From Myxococcales bacterium (GTDB lineage: Bacteria > Myxococcota > Myxococcia > Myxococcales > UBA5297): 57,444 bases of DNA. Position numbers and translations under genes: made by a program. A model generated the notes under the pieces. That model was not told where the DNA came from, searched no databases, and worked only from the letters and a program-made list of their open reading frames with translations. Shown here piece by piece: positions 43,659 through 54,243 of this stretch; the stretch's first letter is position 1; the number at the start of each line of letters is the position of its first letter. Location: positions 1 through 57,444 of the forward strand of contig JBMNNX010000006.1 in NCBI GenBank assembly GCA_050942745.1, in the 5' to 3' direction.

Positions 43659-43706
43659 CGCGTCCGGCGCCGCGAAAGCGGCGCGGCGTCGCTCGGACGC
43701 TTTTTT
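43659..43706 (+). terminator. Terminator-like hairpin between fmt and the aroQ-like gene
   Basis: GCGTCCG...CGGACGC stem followed by TTTTTT. Confidence 0.5.
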
Positions 43707-43768
43707 GCGGCCGGCAAGCCGGGACCTATGATGGCCTTGGTCGAAGCGTTGCTTGAGGCGAGGCCTTC

Positions 43769-44704
43769 ATGAACATCCTCATCGTCCACGGTCCCAACCT
43801 CAACCTGCTCGGCGAGGCGAGAGGCGACCCGTGTACCTACGCGGAGCTCAACGCGCGCCTGCAGGCCTTCGCCGCCGAGCTCGGCGCCAGCATCAAGATC
43901 GTGCAGTCGAACCACGAAGGCGTCCTCATTGACACCCTTCAGGCGGAGCGAGGCTGGGCCGATTGCGTCCTCATCAACCCGGCTGCGCTGACCCACACCA
44001 GCTACGCGCTGCGCGAGTGCCTGCGCATCATCAACCGCCCCACCATCGAGGTTCACCTCGAGGACATCCGGCGCCGCGAGACCTGGCGGCGCAGGTCGGT
44101 CATCAAGGACGTCTGCGAGGCGCAGGTGATGGGAAAGGGCATCGAGAGCTATCTCGACGGGCTCGAACGCCTCGTGACCGGCAAGTACCGCGGGACCGCC
44201 AGGGGGCGTGCCAAGAGCGCGGCGGCCGCCCGGCTGGCCAAGGCCAGGCCCGTCAAGCAAATCAAGGAGAGCCGCCCGCCCAAGACGCTGGGGCGCAGCG
44301 CCTCCCGCGCCGAGCCGGCAAAGCCCGCCAAGACCCTCGGCCGTAGCGTCGAAGCCGCCGATCCGTCGAAGCTGCTCAAGCAAGCCGCCGACACCGTCGC
44401 ACCTGCCTCCGTCAAGACGCTCGGCCGCGCTGACGCCGCCACGAGCGTCGGCCTCGTCAAGACCGGCATCCACCGGGCCGCGGTGCGCGAGCGGATAGCC
44501 GCTCGGCTCGGCCGCAAGATCACCCCGAGCGCGCTGGCGACCTGGGCGCGCGAGCAGTGGCTCAACCTCGAGCGCGGCGCCGCCACCGAGATGGGCCAGC
44601 GCGAGCTGCTCTCCGAGACGCTGCAGACGCTCGCGCTGTCGGCGACCCCGGCCGGTCGCCTGTCGGACGAGGAGTTGATCGATCTGATGACGCGCCTGGA
44701 GTAG
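43769..44704 (+). CDS. aroQ: Type II 3-dehydroquinate dehydratase-like protein, active site degenerate, with ~170-aa C-terminal extension
   Basis: HGPNLNLLG, QSNHEG, INPAALTHTS and EVHL are present. The REPxxYG lid is absent, LRD->LRE and HLSN->HLED. The tail has three KTLGR repeats. Confidence 0.8.
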   Translation: MNILIVHGPNLNLLGEARGDPCTYAELNARLQAFAAELGASIKIVQSNHEGVLIDTLQAERGWADCVLINPAALTHTSYALRECLRIINRPTIEVHLEDIRRRETWRRRSVIKDVCEAQVMGKGIESYLDGLERLVTGKYRGTARGRAKSAAAARLAKARPVKQIKESRPPKTLGRSASRAEPAKPAKTLGRSVEAADPSKLLKQAADTVAPASVKTLGRADAATSVGLVKTGIHRAAVRERIAARLGRKITPSALATWAREQWLNLERGAATEMGQRELLSETLQTLALSATPAGRLSDEELIDLMTRLE

Positions 44705-44762
44705 AACTCCGGCCCCCTCTTCCTCGCGCCGGAGAACACGGGGACGCTGCCCCGTTCACGCC

Positions 44763-46085
44763 ATGTCTGCTCGCGCCATCGCCTTCAAAGTCCTCGTGCA
44801 GGTCGAGCGGGTCGGAGCCTACCTCGGGGTAGCGCTCGACTCGGGGTTGCGCTCCGCGGGCCCGCTCACGCGCCAGGACGCCGCGCTCGCCACCGAGCTC
44901 GCCTACGGCGTCGCCCGCCGCGCGCTCACCCTCGACGCGGCGATCGCCGCGCACAGCAAGCGCTCGCTGCGAAAGCTCGAGACGCCGGTCCACGTGGCGC
45001 TGCGGCTGGGGGCCTACCAGCTCCTCTTCCTCGACCGCGTTCCCGAGCACGCCGCCGTCGCCGAGACGGTCGAGCTCGTCAAGCAGCAGGGCCTCGCCCG
45101 CGCGGCGAGCTTCGTCAACGCGGTGCTGCGCAAGATCGCCGCCGACAAGACCATCCCGCTGCCCGACGCTCCCCTCGATCGGCTCTCCGTCGCCGAGTCG
45201 CACCCCGCGTGGCTCGTGCGCCGGTGGGCCGCGCGGTTTGGCCTCGACGAGACGACCGCGCTCTGCCGCGCCGACAACGAGCCCGCCCCGGTCTGCGTTC
45301 GGGTCAACACCACCCGCGCCACCCGCGACGAGGTCGCCGCTGCGCTCGCGGCCTGCGACGTCGCCTCGAAACCGACGCCCCTGTCGCCCATCGGCCTGCT
45401 GCTCGACGAGCCCGGGCCGCTCTTCAACCTCGAGCCGTTCAGGAAGGGCCTGTTCCAGGTTCAGGACGAGGCCGCCCAGCTCGTCTCGATGCTCGCCGTC
45501 ATCGAACCGGGGATGAGGGTCCTCGATGCCTGCGCGGCACCCGGCGGCAAGGCCTGTCACCTCGCCGAGCAGCTGCGCGGCGAGGGCGAGGTCTACGCGG
45601 TCGACATCCACGAACGAAAGCTGCGGCGCCTCGAGACCGAGGCGCAGCGGTTGGGAATCGAGAGCCTCATCCGCCTGCGCGCCGCCGACGCCTCGCGCCC
45701 GCTGCCCTTCGACGAGGGCTCTTTCGACGTGATCCTCCTCGACGCTCCATGCACCGGCCTGGGCACCCTGAGGCGCCACCCGGAGATCCGCTACCGGCGC
45801 TCCGAGGACGACATCGCGCGGATGGCGGGCATCCAGGGAGCCCTGGCCGACAACCTGCTGCGCTACCTCAAGCCGGGCGGCAGCCTCGTCTATTCGGTCT
45901 GCTCGATGGAGCCCGAGGAGGGCGAGGAGCGCGTCGCGAGCCTCGCCGCCCGAGGCCTCTCGGTCGCCCCGCCGCAGGCCCCGGGCGTGTCCTGGTCCGA
46001 GGTGACGACGCCGTCGGGGGCCATCGCGACCTTCCCTCACCGCCACCACTGCGACGGCTTCTTCGCCGCGCGGCTGAGGCTGTGA
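44763..46085 (+). CDS. rsmB: 16S rRNA m5C967 methyltransferase
   Basis: NusB-like N-terminus, SHPAW, QDEAAQ, DACAAPGGK, DAPCTGLG..RRHPE, YSVCS. Confidence 0.95.
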   Translation: MSARAIAFKVLVQVERVGAYLGVALDSGLRSAGPLTRQDAALATELAYGVARRALTLDAAIAAHSKRSLRKLETPVHVALRLGAYQLLFLDRVPEHAAVAETVELVKQQGLARAASFVNAVLRKIAADKTIPLPDAPLDRLSVAESHPAWLVRRWAARFGLDETTALCRADNEPAPVCVRVNTTRATRDEVAAALAACDVASKPTPLSPIGLLLDEPGPLFNLEPFRKGLFQVQDEAAQLVSMLAVIEPGMRVLDACAAPGGKACHLAEQLRGEGEVYAVDIHERKLRRLETEAQRLGIESLIRLRAADASRPLPFDEGSFDVILLDAPCTGLGTLRRHPEIRYRRSEDDIARMAGIQGALADNLLRYLKPGGSLVYSVCSMEPEEGEERVASLAARGLSVAPPQAPGVSWSEVTTPSGAIATFPHRHHCDGFFAARLRL

Positions 46086-46186
46086 CCTTCGCCCGCTCCG
46101 CGGCCTTTCGACCCTCGGCGCGCGGCGGGTGACAGCAAGAGCAGCTTGCGCGCGTGCGCATCCGGGCCCCAAGCCCCGAGGACATC

Positions 46187-46849
46187 ATGAGACTGCAGAT
46201 CGCCCCCTCGATCCTCTCCGCCGATTTCGGGCGCCTCGCCGAGGAGATCGGCTCGGTGACGAGCGCCGGCGCGGACCTCGTCCACGTAGACGTGATGGAT
46301 GGCCGCTTCGTCCCCAACATCACCATCGGCCCGCTCGTCGTGCAGGCCGCCAAGCGCGCCAGCTCCCTGCCCCTCGACGTCCACCTGATGATCGTGGAGC
46401 CCGAGCGCTACATCGAAGACTTCGCCAAGGCCGGCGCCGCGCGCATCTCGGTCCACGCCGAGGCCTGCCCTCACCTGCACCGGACCCTGCAGCAGATCGC
46501 CGCGACCGGGGCGATGCCGGCCGTCGCGCTCAACCCCTCGACGCCGCTCACGGCGGTCGAGGAGATCCTCCCCGAGGTCGGGATGGTGCTCGTGATGAGC
46601 GTCAACCCCGGCTTCGGCGGCCAGAAGTTCATCCCCGGCGCGGTAGACAAGATCCGCAGGCTGCGGCAGATGGCCGCCTCGCGCGGGCTGGAGCTGGACA
46701 TCGAGGTCGACGGGGGCATCAACGCCGAGACCGCGCGCGAGGTGGTCGCCGCCGGCGCCAACGTCCTCGTCGCCGGCTCCTTCGTCTTCGGAAACGCCGA
46801 TTACCGCAAGGCAATCGAGCAGTTGCGCGCCGCGGCGCCGGCCGCCTGA
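46187..46849 (+). CDS. rpe: Ribulose-phosphate 3-epimerase
   Basis: IAPSILSADF, HVDVMDG.FVPNITIG, DVHLMI, MSVNPGFGGQ, EVDGGI, VAGS. Confidence 0.98.
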   Translation: MRLQIAPSILSADFGRLAEEIGSVTSAGADLVHVDVMDGRFVPNITIGPLVVQAAKRASSLPLDVHLMIVEPERYIEDFAKAGAARISVHAEACPHLHRTLQQIAATGAMPAVALNPSTPLTAVEEILPEVGMVLVMSVNPGFGGQKFIPGAVDKIRRLRQMAASRGLELDIEVDGGINAETAREVVAAGANVLVAGSFVFGNADYRKAIEQLRAAAPAA

Positions 46850-46951
46850 ATTCGCGCCGTTTCCCGGCGATCCGCGCCCGGGTCGCAATCTTGACCTGCC
46901 TGACAATGCAGAGTGAGAATCAACCGCCTGATCTTGCCTAAGGAGGCCCGA

Positions 46952-49258
46952 ATGCTTCGCAGGGCGAACCCCCGCGTAATCGTCGCGACCCTCGTCGCCG
47001 CAGTGGCGGTCGTGGGACCGATGGCGTGTTCAGAGAATGACGACCCGGCGCCCTCGAACTCGGCGTTCATCACCGTCGAGGTTTCCCCACAGCGCATCGT
47101 CGCCGACGGCCGGACCGCCGACATCACGGTGATCGCCACCGAGGCCGACGGCAAGCTCGGAGAGGGCACGATCACCTTCAACACCACCGTCGGCGTCGTC
47201 GAGCCGGCGACCGCGACGCTCGCGAACGGCCGGGCCACCGCCTACTACTCGTGCAACCTCGAAGAGGACTCGAAGTGCAAGGGTCCGCAGCGCATCAACG
47301 CCGAGTGGAAGGGCGTCGTCGGCGGCAGGATGATCGAGCTGATCACCGAGACCCAGGAGGCCGACGGGGGCGTCGAGCAGGACGCCGGCTTCGAGCCCGA
47401 CGCGGGCGAGGCGGACGCCGGCATCGAGCCGGATGCGGGCATCCCGGTCGAGCTGGTCGAGCGGCACCTCACCCTCGAAGCCTCGCGCAACCGCATCTTC
47501 TTCGACGTCGGCGACTCGGTGGAGCTCACCGCGACCCTGACCGACGGAGACGGCAACCCGGTCGCCAGCATGGACATCGAGCTGACCACCACGCTCGGCG
47601 GGCTCTCGAAGACGACCGTGGACGCTGCCGCGACCTCGCTCACGCTGACAACCAACCGCTACGGCGTCGCCAAGGCCTACCTCTATGAGACCGGCTCCGT
47701 CGGGCGAGCCTTCGTCACCGCGCGCCACGTGGACGAGGAGGAGGAGATCGAGCTCGAGCAGATCCTCCCCATCGACATCGTCGGGGTTCGCCAGATCAGC
47801 TGGGTTTCGACCAAGTGCAACGGCGACGACTGCACCATCATGGGAACGCGCGGCTCGGGCTTCAACGAGCAGGCGCAGGTGACCTTCCAGGTCATCGACG
47901 CTTCCGGCGGCGCGGTCGATGGGATGGCGGTCACCTTCTCCATCCCCGACGCGCCGGGCGGCACCACGGTCGCCGAGACGGGCATCACCGACGCCGAAGG
48001 CATGGTCACCACCAACGTCTCGGCCGGCTCGCTCATCGGCGTCTTCCGAGTCAAGGCCGTGGTCGTCGAGGACGAGGTCTTCGCCTTCAGCCCGAGCATC
48101 GGCATCCGCGGCACCACCCCGGCCAACCACGCCTTCCACCTGGTGTGCACCCCCTTCAACATTCCCGCTTACGTCTCGGAAGTGCCGCCGGCCGACTACT
48201 CGGCGACCTGCAGCGTCAAGCTCGTCGATCGCCTGAACAACCCGGTCGGCGTGCCAACGACGGTCAACTTCAAGGTCGAGGCGGGCGCCATCCCAGTCGA
48301 AGTGACGACCGTCCCTTATTCGGCGGGCAGCAGCAACACCAACGAGGGCACCGCCATCAACTACTTCAGCACCATCGGCTTCTGGCCGCCCGACGACGTC
48401 TCGCCGCTGCCCGCCCTGCCCAACCAGTGGCCCATTCCTCGTGATGCCGAGCCTTCGGTCGCCGAGGGCGGGCGCACTCGCAACCCGCGCGACGGCCTGG
48501 TGACCGTCCTCGCCTACGTCCGCGGCGAGGAGTACTTCAACGACGACAATCAGAACGGCCGGTACGACCTGGGCGAGACCTTCATCGACCAGGGCGAGCC
48601 GTTCCTCGACATCAACGACAACGGCGTTCGCGACCGCAACGAGTTCTTCGTCGATATCCCGACTTGCCCGGAGACCAACCCCGCATGCGCCGACCACGAG
48701 ATGGTCCCCAACGGGCGCTGGGACGGGCCGAACGGCAAGTACGACCCAGACACCACGATCTGGAACGAGGCGAAGATCCTCTACACGGGACGCCCCTCGC
48801 CGGTGCACAGCTACGTCGCCGCGGGTTCGCCGCCGGTGAAGATCACCAGCTTCGGTACCCTCGAGCGCGGCGAGGCGATGCGGCTGTACGGCTTCTTCCC
48901 CGACCTGAACCTCAACCGCCCGTGGGCAAACACAGACTACAACGCCGAGCTCGACTGCGACATCGGCGCGATTGAATGGGAGACCAATAAGCTGCAGGAC
49001 GGCTACGGCTTCGGCTACGAGCGCGTGCTCGTCAGCGCGGCCGACGGCACCGCCTGCACGCCGGCGACGCCCATCTGCGTCTGGACGTCGCTCTTCTACG
49101 ACTGGGGCGCCGGCTACGCCGGCCACGCGCTCCTCAAGGGCGATTCCATTCCCGATGATCCGTCCACGCCGCCGACGAACGCGCCAGCCACCGCCTACCT
49201 CACCTCAGAGGTGCTCGATATGACGCTGATGATCGGCGTCACCGGCATCATCGAATGA
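46952..49258 (+). CDS. Large lipoprotein with bacterial Ig-like (Big-1/invasin-type) domains and Ca-binding-like Asp motifs
   Basis: AAGGAGG RBS; signal ending PMAC; DAG-repeat linker; beta-rich domains (ATLTDGDGNPV, TDAEG); DDNQNGRYD and DINDNGVRD motifs. Confidence 0.8.
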   Translation: MLRRANPRVIVATLVAAVAVVGPMACSENDDPAPSNSAFITVEVSPQRIVADGRTADITVIATEADGKLGEGTITFNTTVGVVEPATATLANGRATAYYSCNLEEDSKCKGPQRINAEWKGVVGGRMIELITETQEADGGVEQDAGFEPDAGEADAGIEPDAGIPVELVERHLTLEASRNRIFFDVGDSVELTATLTDGDGNPVASMDIELTTTLGGLSKTTVDAAATSLTLTTNRYGVAKAYLYETGSVGRAFVTARHVDEEEEIELEQILPIDIVGVRQISWVSTKCNGDDCTIMGTRGSGFNEQAQVTFQVIDASGGAVDGMAVTFSIPDAPGGTTVAETGITDAEGMVTTNVSAGSLIGVFRVKAVVVEDEVFAFSPSIGIRGTTPANHAFHLVCTPFNIPAYVSEVPPADYSATCSVKLVDRLNNPVGVPTTVNFKVEAGAIPVEVTTVPYSAGSSNTNEGTAINYFSTIGFWPPDDVSPLPALPNQWPIPRDAEPSVAEGGRTRNPRDGLVTVLAYVRGEEYFNDDNQNGRYDLGETFIDQGEPFLDINDNGVRDRNEFFVDIPTCPETNPACADHEMVPNGRWDGPNGKYDPDTTIWNEAKILYTGRPSPVHSYVAAGSPPVKITSFGTLERGEAMRLYGFFPDLNLNRPWANTDYNAELDCDIGAIEWETNKLQDGYGFGYERVLVSAADGTACTPATPICVWTSLFYDWGAGYAGHALLKGDSIPDDPSTPPTNAPATAYLTSEVLDMTLMIGVTGIIE

Positions 49259-49277
49259 CGCCTCGAGAAGTTTGAAG

Positions 49278-49315
49278 ACGAGCGCGCCGGTTCCCGCCGG
49301 CGCGCTTCGTTTTTT
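49278..49315 (+). terminator. Intrinsic terminator
   Basis: AGCGCGCCGG-loop-CCGGCGCGCT followed by TCGTTTTTT. Confidence 0.75.
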
Positions 49316-49380
49316 CCCTCCTGGACCGACGCGCGGGAGTCCGCTCGCCCGTCCCTGCCACCGCGAAGACCCAACGCGCC

Positions 49381-50445
49381 ATGCCGACCAAGGCCTCTGC
49401 CCGACGATCCGAACCCCACCGCCGCGCCCTTCGAACCCCTCCACGGAGCAACGGCGCCAAGCGGGCGCCACAGGATACGCATCCGTATCTCGCCTACGGC
49501 CGGCACGTGCTCGAGCTTGAGTCGCGAGCCATCGAGTCGCTCTCGACCCGGCTCGACGGCGGGTTCGTCGAGGCGATCGAGCTGCTGCTCGCCTGCAAGG
49601 GCCACGTCATCGTCACCGGCATCGGCAAGCCGGGCTTCATCGCCCAGAAGCTATCGGCGACGCTCGCCTCGACCGGCATCCCGTCGCTCTACCTGCACCC
49701 GGCTGAAGCCGTCCACGGCGACCTCGGGCGCGTCACGCGCCACGACGTGATCCTCGCCCTGTCCAACAGCGGGGCCACCGAGGAGTTGCTGCGCCTGTTG
49801 CCCTCGCTCAAGCGCATCGGCGCCAAGCTCATCGCGGTCACCGGCAACGCCGCCTCGCCCCTGGCGCTCGGCGCCGACGTGGTCGTGGACATCGGCCACA
49901 ACGACGAGGCCTGCCCGATGGGCCTGGTGCCCACGACCTCGAGCGCCGCCCTGCACGCGGTCTGCGACGCGCTCGCCATGACCGCGCTCAACAACCGGCC
50001 CTTCACCAGCGACGAATACGCGCTCTACCACCCGGCAGGCTCGCTCGGCCGCAGCGTGATGCGCGTCGCCGACCTGATGCGCCGCGGCGAGGCCAACCCG
50101 GTCATCGGCGAGAACGAGCCCATCTCCAAGGCCGTCGCCGTCATGACCAACACGCCCGGCAGGCCCGGCGCCACCTCGGTCGTGGACAAGCGCGGCAAGC
50201 TCGTCGGCATCTTCACCGACGGCGATCTGCGCCGGCTCATCGAGCGCGGGCACCAGGACTTCTCGGCGCCGGTGAGCACCGTGATGGGGCGCTCGCCGCG
50301 CTGCTGCTCGCAGGACGACCGCGTGCAGCAGGCCGCCGCCACCATGCGCGAGGGCAACCTCGACCAGCTCCCCGTCGTCGACCGCGCCGGCCGCCCAGTC
50401 GGCCTGCTCGATGTTCAGGACCTGCTTTCGGCCCGGTTCCTGTAG
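49381..50445 (+). CDS. kdsD: KpsF/GutQ-family sugar-phosphate isomerase (arabinose-5-phosphate isomerase) with CBS pair
   Basis: TGIGK, HPAEAVHGDLG, SNSG.TEE, EACPMGL.PTTS, HPAGSLG, GIFTDGDLRR. Confidence 0.88.
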   Translation: MPTKASARRSEPHRRALRTPPRSNGAKRAPQDTHPYLAYGRHVLELESRAIESLSTRLDGGFVEAIELLLACKGHVIVTGIGKPGFIAQKLSATLASTGIPSLYLHPAEAVHGDLGRVTRHDVILALSNSGATEELLRLLPSLKRIGAKLIAVTGNAASPLALGADVVVDIGHNDEACPMGLVPTTSSAALHAVCDALAMTALNNRPFTSDEYALYHPAGSLGRSVMRVADLMRRGEANPVIGENEPISKAVAVMTNTPGRPGATSVVDKRGKLVGIFTDGDLRRLIERGHQDFSAPVSTVMGRSPRCCSQDDRVQQAAATMREGNLDQLPVVDRAGRPVGLLDVQDLLSARFL

Positions 50446-50454
50446 CCCTCGCCC

Positions 50455-51108
50455 ATGCGCCCGCGCGACAAGACCGAAGCCGACCACCGCCGCGACGCCA
50501 TCGCCGTCTGCCGGCGCCTCGCTGCGCTCGGGCTCATCGGCGCCGCCGAGGGCAACGTCTCCATCCGCCTCGGCCCGCGCCGCATCCTCACCACGCCCTC
50601 GGGCACGAACAAGGCGCTGCTCGAGGCCCACCAGCTCGTCGTCACCGATCCCTCGGGCGCAAAGATCGTCGGCCCGCGCGGGCCTTCGACCGAGCTGCGC
50701 ATGCACCTGGCCGTCTACCGCCGCCGCGCCGACGCGGGCGCCATCGTCCACGCCCACCCGCCGACGGCCATCGCCTTGACGCTCGCCGGAATCGGCCTGA
50801 GCTCGCCGGTCCTCCCCGAGGCGGTCACCGCGCTCGGCGGCGGCATCCCGACCGCGCCTTACGCGAGCCCCTCGACCGAAGCGCTCGCCGAGGGCGTCGC
50901 CGAGACGCTGCTGCGCTGCGACGCGTGCCTGATGGAGCGCCACGGCGCCATCGCGGTCGGCCGGGACATCTTCGAGGCCTGCGACAGGATGGAGACCGTC
51001 GAGCGGCTCGCGCAGGTGATCCTGCGCGCGGTCGTCCTCGCCGGCGCGCCCTCCCCGCTTCCGCGCGCCGAGGTCGAGCGGCTCCTGCGGCTCTCGGGCA
51101 GGGCCTGA
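50455..51108 (+). CDS. Class II aldolase/adducin family protein (FucA-like)
   Basis: EGNVS.R, TPSG, PSTELRMH..VY, VHAHP, ERHG. Confidence 0.9.
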   Translation: MRPRDKTEADHRRDAIAVCRRLAALGLIGAAEGNVSIRLGPRRILTTPSGTNKALLEAHQLVVTDPSGAKIVGPRGPSTELRMHLAVYRRRADAGAIVHAHPPTAIALTLAGIGLSSPVLPEAVTALGGGIPTAPYASPSTEALAEGVAETLLRCDACLMERHGAIAVGRDIFEACDRMETVERLAQVILRAVVLAGAPSPLPRAEVERLLRLSGRA

Positions 51109-51188
51109 ACTGTCCGCCCGCCGACATCGACCGCCATCGAGCCATCCGCGCCACGCTAGAATGACGGCCTTCTCCCCAGGAGTTCGTC

Positions 51189-53830
51189 ATGGTGCCTGCC
51201 CTCGTCCTCGCGGTAGCGCTCGGCGCGCTGCCCACCGCGCACGTCGCGGCATCGCCGGAAGCGGCAGAGCTCCCGGCAGCCTCGGCAGGGGCGCCCTCGG
51301 CTGCCGTGCCGGTGATCTCGCCGCCTGCCGAGGCGGCGCCGTCCCTGGGCTCGCAGCCTCCGTCCTATCCGGCCCCGCCCGGCCCAGATCCGCTCGCGCT
51401 GGTGGCGACGGTCATGGACGCCACCCAGCCCTCGAGGGCGCGCGCCGAGGCCATCGAAAGGCTCGCCGCCGAAGGCGGGGACCAGGTCATCCCGACCCTC
51501 AACTACCTCCTGGCCGATCGCGACAAGCACGTGCGCCGCGCGGCCGCAGTCGCGCTCGGCAGCCTCAAGTCCCCGGCATCGGAGGCTGCGCTCGTCGCCG
51601 CCGTGCAAAACCGGGCGCTCTCCAAGCAGGTTCGCAAAGAAGCGCTGCACCAGCTCTCGCTCCAGCAGCTCGCGAGCACGCCCGCGGCCCTCGAGAAGCT
51701 CGCCTCCGACAAGAAGCTGCCGTCGGCGTTCAGCGCACTGGCCAGGCGGGAGCTCAAAGCGCGCTATCCCGAATACCTGAAGGAGCAGGCGCCCGAGCTC
51801 GCGGCCGCGCCCGAGCGCCGCCCGATCGGCGGACGCCTCCTGCTGATGGGAACCGGGGCCTTCTTCGGCGGCTACACGCTCTACGGCTTCGGCAAGCTCG
51901 GCCGCAACGACAACGAGGCCGTGCCCACGCTCGGCCTGCTCGGCGGAGCGGTCCTGGGCGGAACCGCGGGCTTCCTCCTCGGCGCAGACTCGACCTTCGC
52001 CCACTCGCTCACCTTGATGACGACCACCGGCCTCGGGCTCTGGCTCGGGATGGGCGTCGGGCACGGCCTGGTGAACCTGCCGCTCGAGGACGACCGCATC
52101 TACCTGTTCACCATCGGCGGCGAGGCGCTGGCGATGCTCTTCACCGAGCTGTTCTGGAGCTCGCTGAAGCCCCTCGTCGATCCCGACCCCGCGCTCCGGC
52201 AGGGCGGCCAGTACGCGCTGTCGGTCGGGACAGCGATGCTCGGCGGCGTCGCCCTCCACCTCGTCTCGACGCTCCAGGGCAAGCGCGGCCCCCAGGAGTT
52301 CGGCGCGGCCAGCGGCCTCGTCCTCGGCGCGTCGATGGGCTACCTCCTCGGCAAGCGGATCACTCCGGGACATGGCGGCTACCTGTCTACGGGCGCGGCG
52401 TGGGGCTGATCGCCGTCGGGCTCGGCGCCTACGCCGCGATGCCTCGCGGCAGCGACCCGCGCGCGCTCGAGGGCCTGACGCTCCTTGGCAGCACCCTCGG
52501 GCTGACGCTCGCCGAGATCGCCTGGTCGCCGCGGCTGAGCGGGCGCGACCTGCCCCTCGTCAACCTCGCCGCTGCGACCGGCCTCGCGCTCGCGGCGGGC
52601 ATCAGCAACCTGCCCGAGCCCAAGGACGACCGGCGCCCCGCATACGGCCTGATGGCCGCGTCGTCGGCCGTGGGGCTCGTCGCCGGCTCGCTGCTGGCGC
52701 CCAGGCTCCAGTTCAGCGGCGGCGACGGGATGCTCACCGGCCTCGGCGCGATCCACGGCCTGTTCGCCGGCTCTCTCGTGCCCGGCCTCTTCAGCTCGCA
52801 GCCGCTGGAGCGCCACCGCACCGCCGGCGTGCTCATCGGCGCCTCGGTCGGGACCCTCGTCGCCGCGGGCGTCTCGCAGCTCAGCGAGCTGCCGGGGCGC
52901 GACGTGACCACCATCGGCTTCGCCGACGCCTTCGGATCGCTCGCGGGCTTGGGCGTAGGCTTCCTCGCGACCGAGAACAGCGCGTCCTCCGCGCCGAACG
53001 TGGGCTACCTCGTCGGCGGGACGCTGAGCACCGCCGTCAGCGCCGCGATCGTGGACAAGCTGCAGTTTCGCGGAGGCGACGTGCTCCTCGTCTCCCTCGC
53101 GCCGATCTGGGGCGGGTGGCAGGGAATCGCGTTGAGCCTCGGCCTCAAAGCGCAAGGGCACCGCGTCGGCGGCGCCCTCCTCGCGGGGACCGGCGGGTTC
53201 GGGCTCGCCAGCATGGCGCTCTCCCAGTTCATCGACGCGTCGCCCGGCACCGTGCTCGCCGCCTTCTCCGGCGGAGTGTGGGGCACGTGGTTGGCGACGA
53301 ACGCGTTGTTGCTCAGGGGATTCGAGCAGGACGACGTCCTCATCGTCCTTGCCGCAGGCAACCTCGGCTTGCTCAGCGCCACGACCCTGCTCGCTGTGGG
53401 CGTCCCGCCGAAGAGCCTCGGCATCGCCACGCTCGGCGGCATGGCCGGTGCCCTCACCGGCACGCTCAGCGCATCGCTCGTCACCGCCGACCGCAATGCC
53501 GTGTTGACCACGTGCCTCGTGGGAACCGTGGTCGGATTGGCCGGCGGCGCGCTGCTCTCCTCGTTTTCGAAGGCCGACAAACAAAGCGCTGAGAGTCCCG
53601 AGGTCCGGCTCAGCTCGCCGCTGCCATCGCTCGAGCTGAAGGGGATAACGACGCAGCCGGTGATCGGGCGCGACGGGCGGATAGACGGGTTCGCCCTGGG
53701 GCGGTGGTCGAAACCCGCTGAGCGCAGCCCCGACAAGAGAGGCGACGCGCTCGGGCAGAAGCGCTGTCGGTCGTCGATCGACCGGCGCCGCAGCGCGGCG
53801 TTTGGGCGGGGAGGGGTGGGCCAACGGTGA
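51189..53830 (+). CDS. Secreted/membrane protein with N-terminal HEAT repeats and long Gly-rich hydrophobic region; frameshift at ~52403, true end possibly 53721
   Basis: ORF 51189..52409 (signal, HEAT, hydrophobic) ends TGAAWG*. One extra G in the G-run joins it to GLIAVGLGAY... of the 51161..53830 frame. A second G-run slip near 53700 would give ...GFALGAVVETR*. Confidence 0.7.
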
Positions 53831-54243
53831 CGGTGAACCTGATCGCCGCTGCAGCTCCAGTCGCACGAACCGCAACGACTCAGTACACCGCCCCCACCTC
53901 GATCAAGAGCGTCCGCCCGGATTGCGGCACCGGTACGAACCCCACCTCGCTCGGCAGCGAAAGCAGCACCTCCTCGTCGAGCAGGTTGCGGCGCCAGCGA
54001 AGTAGCGCAGCGCCCGTAGTCGCCCGACCGCCCCCGCTCGTCGACCTCAGCGATTCGCCCTCGCGCCGGCCCGTCGAGTCGAGCCTCGCCGACTGGTAGG
54101 TGACAGCCTCGGCGAGCCGCGCGTAGCCCTCGCGCAGGGGCAGCCTCGCCTTCCAGCGAGGAGAGATGCATCGGAAAGGAAAGGGGCTCAATGACTCTGG
54201 AGCACCTCTCGACCTAGGATTCGGGCCACCCTCCGGAGGGACC

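Noticed and set aside
53830-54170. Coding-like minus-strand stretch (LLDEEVLLSLPSEVGFVPVP...)
   Set aside because: No credible start/RBS or recognisable family; at most a decayed fragment.
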